From: Thermoanaerobaculia bacterium
GTDB taxonomy: Bacteria; Acidobacteriota; Thermoanaerobaculia; Multivoradales; Multivoraceae
Length of the DNA stretch: 64,000 nucleotides
Assembly: GCA_963666565.1 (NCBI GenBank)
Contig: OY762911.1
Coordinates: forward strand, 3,520,001 to 3,584,000
Reading direction: 5' to 3'
Part shown: in pieces, positions 17,088 to 27,627 of the stretch
Position numbering within the stretch: position 1 is the stretch's first letter
How the letters are laid out: each line of letters begins with the position of its first letter
Made by a program: the position numbers and the translations under genes
The notes under the pieces: model-generated
Seen by the model: only the letters and a program-made list of their open reading frames with translations
Database searches by the model: none
Told to the model about the DNA's origin: nothing

Positions 17088-20000
17088 TCATCGTGTCGGC
17101 CCCCCGCGGCTCTGCCGCATCGGTTCCCCGGTTTCGGCGGCCTCGATCAGCGAACCGAGCGGCACGTCGAAGACCGCCCTCGTTCGCTCGTCGGCCAGCA
17201 ACCTGTTGAACGGATCCCGCACTCGCAGCAACTCCGGCGACGGCGTCGCACAGTCGAGCACGGCGTAGAGCCAGTAACGGTCGCCCAGCTTGCATGCCTG
17301 CGCCCATTCGTTGGCCTGGACGGCCACGGCGCCGCGGCCCGCGCGCCCCTTCACCTCGATGCAGCGTTCCACGCCGTCAGGCCCGGTCGAGAGCAGGTCG
17401 AAGCCCGGCCAGTCGGGGAGGCCGGCGGCGCGGGCGAGCGCGGGCCTGGAGACGTCCCGCACTTTTGCACCTCGCGCGCGTTCCCGGTCGGCCGCGATGC
17501 GGACCGCCATCTCCTCCACCGCTTCGTCGAGGCGTTCGGCGCCCTCGCCGGCGGGCGCATCCTCCGGGCGCACGACCAGCGCGTGGAGCAGGAACCGGCA
17601 GCCGCCGGGAACGACCAGCCCCGGTTGCCGGTCGATCTGCTCCAGCGCGCGACGGCGTTCCGCCGACAGGCGCTTCTGCGCGTCCTTCACGGCTTCCAGC
17701 TCTTCGCCGCGGCGCTCCGCCGAGCCCCGGCCGTCGCGCGCGAGCCCGGCGCGCGTCGAGGCGAGCTCGGCAGCGCGGAGATCGAACCCCACGGCGGCGC
17801 GCCGGCGACGTTCCGGCAGCTCCGCCTCGCGTTCGGCGCGCAGGTCGCCGGCAAGTTCATCGAGGAGAGAGGCGAGATGGACGCCGGCCCGCGCCCGGAG
17901 TTCCGGCGCGCGGGGCGCCAGCGGCGCGAGGCCGGGCGCCAGACCGGTCGGGGCAAGCGACAGGAGCTGCTCGGCCGGGCACTGCTCGGGCGGCTCGCCG
18001 GCCCGCTGGCGCAGCGCGACCAGGCGCCGCTCGACGACCCGGCGCCCGGCGCCTGAAACGCCGCCGCCGGCAACCCGCTCCTGCCCGACCCGCGCCGCGG
18101 CCGACGGATCGGGAAGCGTCTCGGCCCGGATCTCGGCCCCAATCTCGGCCCAAATCTCGGCGACATGCAGCAGGTACGGTTCCTCCGCCGACGAATCGAC
18201 GAAGATCGCTCCCCGCAGCGCGTCGTTCCCGTGGCCCGCCCGGACCTCCGCGCACAGCGCGTCGAAGAGCGGCTCGCCGGGATGCAGCCAGATGCCGGAG
18301 TCGTCCCCACGCGGCCGCCGCACCGTCAGCCACTCGCGCGCCTCGGCGGGATAGGCGTCGAGCGCTGGCAGCAGCGGGTCGAGCGCGCCGCGCCGGCCCG
18401 GGACCAGCGCGAACCGGTCGTCCAGGTCGCCGCGGATGCCGATGCCGAGCAGCCGGGCGCCGCGCTCCACCAGGCGGCGGACATGGGCCGGCAGGAGTTC
18501 CAGGTAGCGTTCCCGCTCCACCTCGCCGCGCAGATCCCCGCCGGTCGCCGCGCGCTCCGGCGGGCCGCAGATCTCGGCGTCGCGCTCGACGACCCTCTTC
18601 ACCCGGGCAGCGCCGACCGCCCGCTCGATCCGCGCGACCGCCCGCCGCTCGCCCTCCTCGCTCGCGGCGTTCGCCATGAACCGGGTCAGGGACTCGCCCT
18701 CGAACAGCCGGCCGACGACGTCGAACACCTTGTCGGACCGGAGATCGCGCCGGATCTCGTCGAGCTTCTCCAGCAGCACGCGCAGCACCCGGCCTTCGCG
18801 GGTGGTGCCGGCCACCAGGTTGAAGATGCGAACCTCCGACCGCTGGCCGTAGCGGTGGATGCGGCCCATCCGCTGCTCCAGCCGCGCCGGGTTCCAGGGG
18901 ATGTCGTAGTTGACCATCAGGCGGCAGAACTGCAGGTTGATGCCCTCGCCGGCGGCGTCGGTGGCCACCATGTAGCGCGCGCCGTTCGGGCGGCGGAACT
19001 CCGCCACCTGGCGCTCGCGTTCCCGCCAGTCCATGCCGCCGTGGATCTGCGCCGTCCGGCCCCGGTAGCCGAGCCCCTCCAGCCGCCGCACGAGATGGTC
19101 CACCGTGTCCCGATGCTCGCTGAAGACGAGCCACTTCTCGTCCAAGTAGTCGGGATCCTCGAGGACCTCGCGGAGCCGCTCGAACTTCGTCTCCCGCCCG
19201 GAATCGAGCAGCCGGCGCGCCCGGCGGGCCAGTCCGCGGACCTCTTCGGCTTCCCGCCGCAACTCCTCCGCCCCCACCGCGGAGACCGCGCCGAGCACCG
19301 CGTCCTCCCACGCCTCGTTGCCCTCGGCCCAGCCCTCGGCGGCCGCGTCGTCGTCCGCGCCGGTGAGGTCGAACCAGTCGTGCCGATAGCGCTCGTTCAG
19401 CCGCCGCTGCCTCTGCCGGAGCAGATCCGCCGAGAGTTCACCGCCATCGATGGCGTCCGCGGTCAGCGTCAGCTTCTCGATCCGCCGTTCGAAGGAGCGG
19501 AGCAGAGCCCACGTCGAACTGGCGAGGCGGCGCTGGAAGACGGTCTTCGCGAGTTCGACCGCGGGCCGGTTGTCCAAGGCGCGGCCATAGCGCCGGTCGA
19601 GGTAGCGCGTGGTCCGCTCGTAGAGGTCCTGCTCGCCGTCCCCGCCGCTGCTCAGGGGGTAGCTGAACGTGCTGCACCGGCGCGGCGGGTACAGGGGACG
19701 GCCGTCGAGACCGACCATCTCCTCCTTCGTGCGGCGAAGGAAATGGCGGTGGCGGGCGGACCGGGGGACGCGCCGGACCGCCTCCGCCGCCCCGAACGCG
19801 CCGGCGTCGAGCAGCCGCCACAACCAGGCGTAGGGCAGGCGCCTGCCCATGTGCGGCGTGGCCGTGAGCAGGAGCAGATGGCGCGCCGTCCAGCCGAGAC
19901 CCTCGAACGGACTCTCCGTCTCGGCGTCGCCGATGGCCAGCGCCTCCGCCAGCCGGTAGCGGCGGGTTCTCTCGACGCGGCTTCCCCGCTGGCGGACGCC

Positions 20001-20792
20001 GAGCTTGTGCGCCTCGTCGAAGACGACCAGGTCGTACGGCTGACCGCCCGCCCGGCGAAGCGCGTCGAACGTCGTCTCCCCGGCAAGCGTGTCGAGCGAC
20101 ACGATGACGCGATCGGCGCCGGGGCCTCGAAACGGGTCGCGGCCGCGCGCGTCCGCGCCGGAGACGATGCGGAAGTCGAGCCGGAACAGCGTCAGGAGCT
20201 CCCGCCGCCAGTTGCCGACGAGGCCGGCCGGAGGAACGATCAGCACCCGCTCGATACGGCCCCTCGACAGCATCTCGCGGACGTAGAGGCCGGTCATGAT
20301 CGTCTTGCCGGCGCCGGCGTCGTCGGCGAGCAGGAATCGGAGCGGGTCCTGCTTCAGCATCCGCTCGTAAACGGCGAAGCGCTGGTGCAGGAGCGGATCG
20401 ATGCGCGACGTCTCGACCGCGAAGGCCGGGTTGAACTGGTGGCCGTAGGACAGCCGCAGCGCGTCGGCCACCGCGAGCACCGCTTCCGGGTCGCCCGCGA
20501 AATCCAGCGGCACGCCGCCAGCCGCCGCCGGTCGCAGCCCCCGCATCGGCCGCGGCGCCGACTCGGCGGCCGACTCTTCGGCGAGCTGCGCCAGCTTCTC
20601 GGCCGCCAGCCGGCGTGGCCGGGACTGGCCGGACTCCCAGCGGTGGACAGTGATCGTCGACACGCCCAGCCGTTCGGCGAACCGCTCCTGGGTCAGACCG
20701 AGGCGGCCTCGAAGCCGCCTGACTTCGGCGCCGGCCTCGGCGGCGGATCCCCTGGAGAGAGCGTTCGCGGCCATGGCCGCGAACGCTAGCAC
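17088..20792 (-). CDS. XRE-HTH + SNF2-type helicase + C-terminal DUF3883 PD-(D/E)XK nuclease fusion
   Basis: HTH LGLTQERFAERLGVSTITVHRWESGQSRP; LLADDAGAGKT; DEAH; TATPH; TDAAGEGINLQ; QRMGRIHRYGQ; C-terminal GFDLLS...IEVKGR...NEW...YWLYAV. GTG start with GGAGG SD. Confidence 0.9.
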   Translation of the reverse strand: MLAFAAMAANALSRGSAAEAGAEVRRLRGRLGLTQERFAERLGVSTITVHRWESGQSRPRRLAAEKLAQLAEESAAESAPRPMRGLRPAAAGGVPLDFAGDPEAVLAVADALRLSYGHQFNPAFAVETSRIDPLLHQRFAVYERMLKQDPLRFLLADDAGAGKTIMTGLYVREMLSRGRIERVLIVPPAGLVGNWRRELLTLFRLDFRIVSGADARGRDPFRGPGADRVIVSLDTLAGETTFDALRRAGGQPYDLVVFDEAHKLGVRQRGSRVERTRRYRLAEALAIGDAETESPFEGLGWTARHLLLLTATPHMGRRLPYAWLWRLLDAGAFGAAEAVRRVPRSARHRHFLRRTKEEMVGLDGRPLYPPRRCSTFSYPLSSGGDGEQDLYERTTRYLDRRYGRALDNRPAVELAKTVFQRRLASSTWALLRSFERRIEKLTLTADAIDGGELSADLLRQRQRRLNERYRHDWFDLTGADDDAAAEGWAEGNEAWEDAVLGAVSAVGAEELRREAEEVRGLARRARRLLDSGRETKFERLREVLEDPDYLDEKWLVFSEHRDTVDHLVRRLEGLGYRGRTAQIHGGMDWRERERQVAEFRRPNGARYMVATDAAGEGINLQFCRLMVNYDIPWNPARLEQRMGRIHRYGQRSEVRIFNLVAGTTREGRVLRVLLEKLDEIRRDLRSDKVFDVVGRLFEGESLTRFMANAASEEGERRAVARIERAVGAARVKRVVERDAEICGPPERAATGGDLRGEVERERYLELLPAHVRRLVERGARLLGIGIRGDLDDRFALVPGRRGALDPLLPALDAYPAEAREWLTVRRPRGDDSGIWLHPGEPLFDALCAEVRAGHGNDALRGAIFVDSSAEEPYLLHVAEIWAEIGAEIRAETLPDPSAAARVGQERVAGGGVSGAGRRVVERRLVALRQRAGEPPEQCPAEQLLSLAPTGLAPGLAPLAPRAPELRARAGVHLASLLDELAGDLRAEREAELPERRRRAAVGFDLRAAELASTRAGLARDGRGSAERRGEELEAVKDAQKRLSAERRRALEQIDRQPGLVVPGGCRFLLHALVVRPEDAPAGEGAERLDEAVEEMAVRIAADRERARGAKVRDVSRPALARAAGLPDWPGFDLLSTGPDGVERCIEVKGRAGRGAVAVQANEWAQACKLGDRYWLYAVLDCATPSPELLRVRDPFNRLLADERTRAVFDVPLGSLIEAAETGEPMRQSRGGPTR
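18114..18161 (-). repeat. In-frame 12-bp tandem repeat (AEIW-AEIG-AEIR-AETL) in the helicase linker
   Basis: CTCGGC recurs at 18120, 18132, 18144 and 18156. Confidence 0.75.
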
Positions 20793-20817
20793 AAGTCGCC
20801 TCCGTGAATCTCCAGAA

Positions 20818-20841
20818 TCGACCTATCAAATGATAGATCGA
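20818..20841. promoter_or_regulatory. Palindromic operator candidate upstream of the HTH-helicase
   Basis: TCGACCTATCA-AA-TGATAGATCGA: 11-bp arms with one mismatch, AT-rich, 26-49 bp upstream of the GTG at 20792. Confidence 0.6.
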
Positions 20842-20869
20842 CGACTCGTGCCTGCGAACCGGCGGACGG

Positions 20870-22279
20870 CTAGGCCCCGTCCGAGTCCCTGGCCTGGTCC
20901 TGAGCTGCCCTGGCCGCCTCCATGTCGTCCTCGTCCGGCATCAGGATGAACTCGGGGTACGACTCGATGCCGAGTTCGGCCATGTCCTGACCGAGTTCCT
21001 CCACTCTCGGCGAAACCCTCACGCCGATCGTCTTGTCGAGCACCCACCACAGGAGCATCGAAGAGCCGAACGCGAAGGCGCCGATCGCGACGATGCCGAT
21101 GACCTGCGGCACGAAGCTGCCGCCCGCCGCGATGCAGACGGCGAGGGTGCCCCAGATGCCGGCGAACAGGTGCACCGGAACCGCGCCGACGACGTCGTCG
21201 AGCTTCATCCGCTCGAGCAGCCTCATGCCGGCGACCGTGACGACGCCGCCGACGCCGCCGATGAGAAGCGCCCAGTGATGTCCGACGAGATCGGGTCCCG
21301 CCGTCACGCCGACGAGCCCGCCGAGCGCTCCGTTGAGCACGGCCAGCAGATCGACCCGGCCCAGCAGCGGCCGCGACAGGGCGAGCGCCGCGACGACGCC
21401 GGCGGCGGCCCCCAGGTTCGTGTTGATCAGCAGGTTGCCCATCGCCGTCGCGTCGGCGGCGCCGCCGAGCGCGAGCTGCGAACCGCCGTTGAAGCCGAAC
21501 CAGCCCAGCCAGAGGATGAACACGCCGAGCGTGACGATCGGCACGTTCGAGGGCGGCGTCGCCTTGACGCTGCCGTCGGCGCGGAACTTCCCGCTCCGGG
21601 CGCCGACCATGAGGATGCCGGCGAGGGCCGCCCATCCTCCGGTCGAGTGGACGATCGTCGAGCCGGCGAAGTCCTGGAATCCGAGTTCGGCGAGCCAGCC
21701 GCCGCCCCAGGTCCAGGCGCCGACGATCGGGTAGATCACGGCGGTCAGGACGGCCGTGAAGGCAAGGAAGGACCACAGCTTGACCCGTTCGGCCAGCGCG
21801 CCCGAGACGATCGAGGCGGTGGTGGCCACGAAGGTCATCTGGAAGAACCAGCTCGACATCTCGGAGTAGTTCTCGTCCGGCGCGTGGTACGCGGCGCCGC
21901 CGAGCACGGCCATCTCTTCCGGCGACGCTTCGAAGAGCGGCCGGATCGAGCCGATCCAGCCGCTGACGTCGACGTACATCAGGTTGTAGCCGATCACGTA
22001 GTACGCGATGCCCGCGATCGAGTACAGGCCGATGTTCTTCATGCAGATGACGGACGCGTTCTTGGTCCGTACCGAGCCGGCCTCGAGCATCGTGAAACCG
22101 GCGCACATCCACATGATGAACGCGCCCCACACCAGGAACGCGTAGGTGTTGAAGACGTAAGTCGCCTCGCCGGAAACCTGGGCGCCCGCCGCCGAAGCGA
22201 CGAGCAGAAGCGCGACTCCGGCGAGGACCGCCTTCACCGTCGCCTGTCTCGGTTGGAACGTCCGCGGGCTCGTCTTCAT
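20870..22279 (-). CDS. amtB: Ammonium transporter
   Basis: MCAGFTMLEAGSVRTKN, FFQMTFVAT, SGALAER, DFAGSTIVHSTGG, ILWLGWFGFNGGS, DDVVGAVPVH. GGAG SD before the ATG at 22279. Confidence 0.95.
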   Translation of the reverse strand: MKTSPRTFQPRQATVKAVLAGVALLLVASAAGAQVSGEATYVFNTYAFLVWGAFIMWMCAGFTMLEAGSVRTKNASVICMKNIGLYSIAGIAYYVIGYNLMYVDVSGWIGSIRPLFEASPEEMAVLGGAAYHAPDENYSEMSSWFFQMTFVATTASIVSGALAERVKLWSFLAFTAVLTAVIYPIVGAWTWGGGWLAELGFQDFAGSTIVHSTGGWAALAGILMVGARSGKFRADGSVKATPPSNVPIVTLGVFILWLGWFGFNGGSQLALGGAADATAMGNLLINTNLGAAAGVVAALALSRPLLGRVDLLAVLNGALGGLVGVTAGPDLVGHHWALLIGGVGGVVTVAGMRLLERMKLDDVVGAVPVHLFAGIWGTLAVCIAAGGSFVPQVIGIVAIGAFAFGSSMLLWWVLDKTIGVRVSPRVEELGQDMAELGIESYPEFILMPDEDDMEAARAAQDQARDSDGA

Positions 22280-22405
22280 CGCTTGTCTCCGGCTCTGGTT
22301 GTAGTCGCCCGCCCCTGACCGGAGGGCGGCTGAATCGCGAAACCACCTGATGACGTTTCGGGGAGCGACCATTCTAGCGCCTGTCTTCCGGGAGACGCTC
22401 CGCCC

Positions 22406-23890
22406 CTAGGCCAGGATCTCCTCCACCACCCGGCCGTGGACGTCCGTCAACCGGAAGTCGCGGCCGCTGTAGCGGTACGTCAAGCGCTCGTGGTCGATCC
22501 CGAGTCGGTGCAGGATCGTCGCGTTCAGGTCGTGGATGTGCACGCCGCCCGAGACGATGTTGTAGCAGTGGTCGTCCGTCTCGCCGTACGTCTTCCCCGG
22601 TTCGATGCCGGCGCCGGCCATCCAGACGGTGTAGCAGCGGCCGTGGTGGTCGCGTCCGTAGTCGTCCTCCGTGAGCGCGCCCTGGCAGTAGACGGTGCGG
22701 CCGAACTCGCCGCCCCAGACGACGAGCGTGTCTTCCAGCAGTCCCCGCTGCTCCAGGTCGGCGACCAGGGCCGCCGAGGCGCGGTCCACGTCGCCGCACT
22801 GCAGGCGGATGTCGCTCGGCAGGTCGCCGTGCTGGTCCCAGCCGCGGTGGTAGAGCTGAATGAAGCGGACGTCCCGCTCGGCGAGCCGCCGCGCCAGCAG
22901 GCAGTTCGCGGCGTAGGTGCCCGGCGTGCGCGCGTCCTCGCCGTAAAGGTCGAACGTGCTCTGCGGCTCGCTCGACGTGTCGACCAGTTCGGGCACCGAG
23001 GCCTGCATCCGGTAGGCCATCTCGTACTGCGCGATGCGGGCGGCGATCTCGGGATCGCCGAACTCCTCGTGATGCCGCTCGTTCAGCTTCGCGACGACGT
23101 CCAGCATCCGCCGCCGGACGCCACGGTCGATTCCCGGCGGATCGGAGAGGTAGAGGACCGGATCCTCCGCCGCGCGCAGGTTCACGCCCTGGTGCTCCGA
23201 GGGCAGAAAGCCGGCACCCCAGAGCCGCTGGAACAGGGCCTGCGACTCGCGCCGGGCGCTGCCCTGGGAGATCAGCACGATGAAGGCCGGCAGATCGTCG
23301 TTCTCGGAGCCGATGCCGTAGCTCAACCAGGCGCCCAGGCTGGGACGCCCGGGCTGCTGGTGTCCCGTCTGCAGGTAGGTGATGCCCGGGTCGTGGTTGA
23401 TCGCCTCGGTATGCACCGCCTTGAGGAAGCAGAGCTTGTCGGCGATCCTCGCGGTATGCGGCATCAGTTCGCTGACCCAGGCGCCGCTCTCTCCGTGTTG
23501 AGCGAACTCGAACATGGACGCGGTGATCGGGAACTCGGCCTGGTTCGCCGTCATCCCGGTCACCCGCTGGTCGCCGCGCACCGAGGCGGGAAGCTCCTGG
23601 CCGTGCCACTCGGCCAGACGCGGCTTGTAGTCGAAGAGATCGATCTGCGACGGCGCGCCGGACTGGAACAGGTAGATCACCCGCTTCGCCCGGGCCGGGA
23701 AGTGAACGCCGCCGAGCGCGCCAAGCGCCTCCCGAGCCTCGTCGCGCGCCGCCCACGACGGCCCCGGATCGAGCAGCGAGGAGAGCGCCGCGACGCCGAT
23801 TCCCGTGCTCGCCATTCCGAAGAACTGGCGCCGGTTGACGCCGAGCGCGTAGTCGGACCGGGGATCCGCTCCCGGGTTGCTCGCGTTCAT
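22406..23890 (-). CDS. DUF1501 domain protein (Tat-exported, sulfatase-like fold)
   Basis: NRRQFF Tat motif; [24 protein letters not shown]; INHDP; RPSLGAW; GWDQH; WGGEFGRT; GRDHH. Confidence 0.88.
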   Translation of the reverse strand: MNASNPGADPRSDYALGVNRRQFFGMASTGIGVAALSSLLDPGPSWAARDEAREALGALGGVHFPARAKRVIYLFQSGAPSQIDLFDYKPRLAEWHGQELPASVRGDQRVTGMTANQAEFPITASMFEFAQHGESGAWVSELMPHTARIADKLCFLKAVHTEAINHDPGITYLQTGHQQPGRPSLGAWLSYGIGSENDDLPAFIVLISQGSARRESQALFQRLWGAGFLPSEHQGVNLRAAEDPVLYLSDPPGIDRGVRRRMLDVVAKLNERHHEEFGDPEIAARIAQYEMAYRMQASVPELVDTSSEPQSTFDLYGEDARTPGTYAANCLLARRLAERDVRFIQLYHRGWDQHGDLPSDIRLQCGDVDRASAALVADLEQRGLLEDTLVVWGGEFGRTVYCQGALTEDDYGRDHHGRCYTVWMAGAGIEPGKTYGETDDHCYNIVSGGVHIHDLNATILHRLGIDHERLTYRYSGRDFRLTDVHGRVVEEILA

Positions 23891-23904
23891 CGCTCTCTTC
23901 CCGT

Positions 23905-26900
23905 TCACTGCCTGGTCACCGCCTCGTCCAGGTTGAACAGGGCGCTGGCCGCCACGGTCCAGGCGGCGACTTCGACGCGCGGCATTGTCTCGTCCGCCGG
24001 CCGTTCGCCGACCTTGAGGAGGTCCGCCGCCGCGGCTGGATTCTCCGAGTAGCTCCGGCGCAGGTCCGCCACCAGATCGAGCAGGGCGTCCCGTTCGATG
24101 TCCGTCGGCGGACGGGACACGATCCGCCGGTGGAGCGCCTCCACCGTCTCCGCGTCGCCGCCGCCCCGTCTGGCGAGCACGTCCTCCGCCAGCACCCGCG
24201 CCGCCTCGACGAACTGCGGGTCGTTCATCAGCACCAGCGCCTGGAGCGGCGTGTTGGAGCGCGACCGTTCCACCACGCAGGTCTCCCGGTTCGGCGCGTC
24301 GAACACAAGCATGTTCGGCGGCGGCACCGTCCGCTTCCAGAAGGTGTAGAGGCTGCGCCGGTAGAGCGCCTCGCCGTGGTCCTGCTCGAAGATGCCGGCG
24401 CTGAAGCGGCCGCGGCTCTCGTAGCCGATCTCGCGCCACAGGCCCGGCGGCTGGTACGGCTTGACGCTGGGGCCGCCGAGCTTCTCGACCAGCAGGCCGG
24501 AGGCGGCCAGGGCGCCGTCGCGGATGACCTCCGCGTCGAGCCGGAAGCGGGACGCCCGCGCCAGCAGCCGGTTCTCCGGGTCGCGCTCGATCAGTTCGGG
24601 GCTCGCGCGGGAACTCTGCCGATAGGTCGCGGAGAGCACGATCGTCTTCTGGAGCGCCTTGAGGTCCCAGTCCCGGCGGACCAGTTCGCTCGCCAGCCAG
24701 TCGAGCAGTTCCGGGTGGGAAGGCCACTCCCCCTGGGCGCCGAAGTCGCCGGAGGTCGCCACCAGGCCGCGGCCGAAGAACCGCTGCCAGAGCCGGTTGG
24801 CCGTCACCCGCGCGGTCAGCGGATGATCCCCGCTCACCAGCCAGCGCGCCAGGCCGAGCCGGTTCTTCGGCAGATCCTCCGGGATCGGCGGCAGAACGGC
24901 GGGCACCCCCGCCTCGACTTCGTCCGTCTGCTGGTCGTACTCGCCGCGACGCAGGACGAAGGTCGGCCGCGGATCGTCCATCTCGCGCATGATCATCGTG
25001 GTCGGCACCGCCGTCTCCATGCGGCGCAGACGCTCCGAGAGTTCGGCGTAGCGCTCCTCGTGCGGCCGCCACGGCGGCCAATGGTGGCGACGGAAGCGAT
25101 GCCGGACGGCCGTCGCCTGCTCTTCGGTCCGCTGGTCCTCGGGCAGCCCGACGAGGTACTCGAACTTGCGGGAAGCCGCCGCCAGCGCCGGCCAGGGCGC
25201 CGGCAGCGCGTCCGGCTCGACAGCCGGGAAGGCGGTCTCGGGCGCGTCCGACACGGTCAGCCGGAAGCGGCGCAGCGTCTTCTGCCGGTAGCTCGACTCC
25301 TGGCGCAGCACGATCCGCAGACGCAGTCCGCCCGAGCGGAGGGCGCCGGCCTCCGGAACGACGGAGGGGGCCGGTTCCCCGTTCGCTGCGGCGCCGCGGC
25401 TGTCCGTGTCGGCTTCCGAACCGTCGACGCCGAAGGCGTCCCGGCCCCGCGGCGAGCCGACCAGGAACACCGCGGTGCGCGCCGTGGGCCGGGCCGCGTA
25501 GCCCGCGCCCCAGCCGGTCTCCGGGTCGCCGTCGATCGCCAGTTCCACGGCCATCGACGGCGTCGCGTAGTCGGCGTAGGCGCCGGACAGGTCGAGCGGC
25601 AGGAAGGCGGATTCGCCGCCATCGGCGCCGGCGACGGCGCCTGTCGCGCCACGCCGGACGTTCGCGCCGCCGGACGGACCGGCCGCGACGAGCGCCGACA
25701 CCTCGATCTCGGTGAGGACGAAGCTGCCGTCCGAACCGCGGCCGATCCCGGCGCCCGGTTCGGCCGTGCCGCGGAACGTCTCCAGGCGCAGCGCTCCGAT
25801 CCGCTCCAGGCCGGTCCGGGCCTCGATCGCGTAGACGTCCGTCGGCGGGTTCTCGCCGGAGACCTCGATCGACCCGTCGTGGAGCACGACCATTCCGGCC
25901 CCGCCCAGCGATTCGAGGCTGACGACTTCCAGCGGCCGCCACCGCTCGGCCAGCCTCCCGTCCCACTCCCGCTGCCAGGCGGCCTGGGCGGCCTCGGCGT
26001 CCGGGTCCGCCCCGTCGAGCATCGCGTCGAGCGGACCGAGCTCCGCCGTCAACTCGTCCAACTCCGCGCGCTGGCCGCCGTCCGGCGCCAGGACCCGGGG
26101 TTCGGCGTTGCCCTCGCTGCCGTCCAGCCCGACCTCGTCGACCGTGTTGAAGAAGGCGGCGAGGCGGTAGTACTCCCGCTGGCTGATCGGATCGAACTTG
26201 TGGTCGTGGCACTTGGCGCAACCCGCCGTCAGCCCCATCCACACCGTGGCCGTCGTGTCGGTGCGGTCGAAGACGTACTGGACCCGATACTCCTCCGGGA
26301 TCGCGCCGCCCTCGAAGTTGATCATGTGGTTGCGGTTGAAGCCGGTGGCCAGCAACTGCCTCGGCGTCGGGTCCGGCAGCAGGTCGCCCGCGAGCTGGTC
26401 CACGGTGAACTCGTCGAACGGCTGGTTGCGGTTGAAGGCGTCGATCACCCAGTCGCGCCAGCGCCACATGAACCGTTCGTTGTCGATGTGGTAGCCGTTC
26501 GTGTCGGCGTAGCGGGCGGCGTCCAGCCAGGAACGGGCCATGTGCTCGCCGTAGCGCTCCGACGCGAGCAGCCGGTCGACCAGGCGCTCCCAGGCGTCCG
26601 GCCGGTCGTCGGCGACGAAGGCCTCCACCTCGGCCGGCGACGGCGGCAACCCGGTCAGGTCGAGCGACAACCGTCTCGCCAGGGTACGGCGGTCAGCCTC
26701 GGGCGCGGGCGCGAGACCTTCCCGTTCCAGCCGCGCGAGCACGAAGAGGTCGAGGTCGCCGCGGGCCCAACCCCGGTTCGCTGCCGCCGGCGGATCCGGG
26801 CGCCGCGGAGGCCGGTAGGCCCAGTGGTCCTCGAACTCGGCGCCCTGGAGGATGAACCGGCCCAGAATCCCGATCTCGCGCCCGGTGAGGGTCGATCCCG

Positions 26901-27612
26901 CGTGCGGCGGCGGCATCCGGTCCAGGGCGTCGGCGGCCGCGACGCGCTGGAAGAGCTGGCTCTCGTCCAGGCTGCCGGGGACGAGCGCGCGCCGGCCCGA
27001 AGGCAGAACGCCGAGCGCCGACTCCTCCCGGTCGAGCCGGAGGCCCGCCTGCCGCACCGCCTCGTCCGGCCCGTGGCAGGCGAAGCAGTTGTCCGAGAGG
27101 ATCGGCCGCACGTCGCGATTGAAGGACAGCGGCTCGCCGGGTCCGTCGATGCCGTGCGCGACCGGCGGCACCTCGCGCGCCGCGACCCGCGCCGGCGCCG
27201 CTTCGTCGCGAGCGTGACTCGCCGCCGGCCACTCCGCCCCGGCCGCGACCCACGCCTCGAGGAGTTCGCGCTCCGCCTCGTCCAGCGCCCGCGGCGGCGG
27301 CATCTCCAGCTCGTCCTCGCGCCGGATCGCCGCCACGAGCAGGCTCGCCTCCGCGTCGCCCGGCACGATCGCCGCGCCTCGCCCGCCCCCGATCAGCATG
27401 GCGGGCCGGGAATCGAGCCGCAGATTCCCCCGCTGCCTGAGCGGCCCATGACAGGCGAAGCAGCGGCTCTCCAGTACCGGCAGGACTTCCGCCTCGAAGT
27501 CGGGCACGGCAGCCGCGGGCGGCGCGGCAGCGACTGGCGTCGCCGCGAGAGCAGCGCCAAGAAGAAGCGAACCCGCAAGCCCGTTCGATCGTGGCCTCAT
27601 CATCCTGTCCAT
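23905..27612 (-). CDS. PSD1 / planctomycete cytochrome c domain protein (DUF1549 + DUF1553)
   Basis: Two N-terminal CFACHG heme domains; HWAY; [12 protein letters not shown]; [12 protein letters not shown]; [11 protein letters not shown]; NRLGLARW; [11 protein letters not shown]; TPLQAL. The start may instead be at 27603 or 27600. Confidence 0.88.
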   Translation of the reverse strand: MDRMMRPRSNGLAGSLLLGAALAATPVAAAPPAAAVPDFEAEVLPVLESRCFACHGPLRQRGNLRLDSRPAMLIGGGRGAAIVPGDAEASLLVAAIRREDELEMPPPRALDEAERELLEAWVAAGAEWPAASHARDEAAPARVAAREVPPVAHGIDGPGEPLSFNRDVRPILSDNCFACHGPDEAVRQAGLRLDREESALGVLPSGRRALVPGSLDESQLFQRVAAADALDRMPPPHAGSTLTGREIGILGRFILQGAEFEDHWAYRPPRRPDPPAAANRGWARGDLDLFVLARLEREGLAPAPEADRRTLARRLSLDLTGLPPSPAEVEAFVADDRPDAWERLVDRLLASERYGEHMARSWLDAARYADTNGYHIDNERFMWRWRDWVIDAFNRNQPFDEFTVDQLAGDLLPDPTPRQLLATGFNRNHMINFEGGAIPEEYRVQYVFDRTDTTATVWMGLTAGCAKCHDHKFDPISQREYYRLAAFFNTVDEVGLDGSEGNAEPRVLAPDGGQRAELDELTAELGPLDAMLDGADPDAEAAQAAWQREWDGRLAERWRPLEVVSLESLGGAGMVVLHDGSIEVSGENPPTDVYAIEARTGLERIGALRLETFRGTAEPGAGIGRGSDGSFVLTEIEVSALVAAGPSGGANVRRGATGAVAGADGGESAFLPLDLSGAYADYATPSMAVELAIDGDPETGWGAGYAARPTARTAVFLVGSPRGRDAFGVDGSEADTDSRGAAANGEPAPSVVPEAGALRSGGLRLRIVLRQESSYRQKTLRRFRLTVSDAPETAFPAVEPDALPAPWPALAAASRKFEYLVGLPEDQRTEEQATAVRHRFRRHHWPPWRPHEERYAELSERLRRMETAVPTTMIMREMDDPRPTFVLRRGEYDQQTDEVEAGVPAVLPPIPEDLPKNRLGLARWLVSGDHPLTARVTANRLWQRFFGRGLVATSGDFGAQGEWPSHPELLDWLASELVRRDWDLKALQKTIVLSATYRQSSRASPELIERDPENRLLARASRFRLDAEVIRDGALAASGLLVEKLGGPSVKPYQPPGLWREIGYESRGRFSAGIFEQDHGEALYRRSLYTFWKRTVPPPNMLVFDAPNRETCVVERSRSNTPLQALVLMNDPQFVEAARVLAEDVLARRGGGDAETVEALHRRIVSRPPTDIERDALLDLVADLRRSYSENPAAAADLLKVGERPADETMPRVEVAAWTVAASALFNLDEAVTRQ

Positions 27613-27627
27613 AGCCCGTCGGTTACT

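Noticed and set aside
6100-20870. Integrative element boundaries around the defence locus
   Set aside because: No integrase, tRNA or flanking direct repeats could be identified.
20870-22279. amtB without adjacent glnK, and a possible link to the HAO-like operon
   Set aside because: Solo amtB genes are common, and the two loci are about 40 kb apart with no evidence of linkage.
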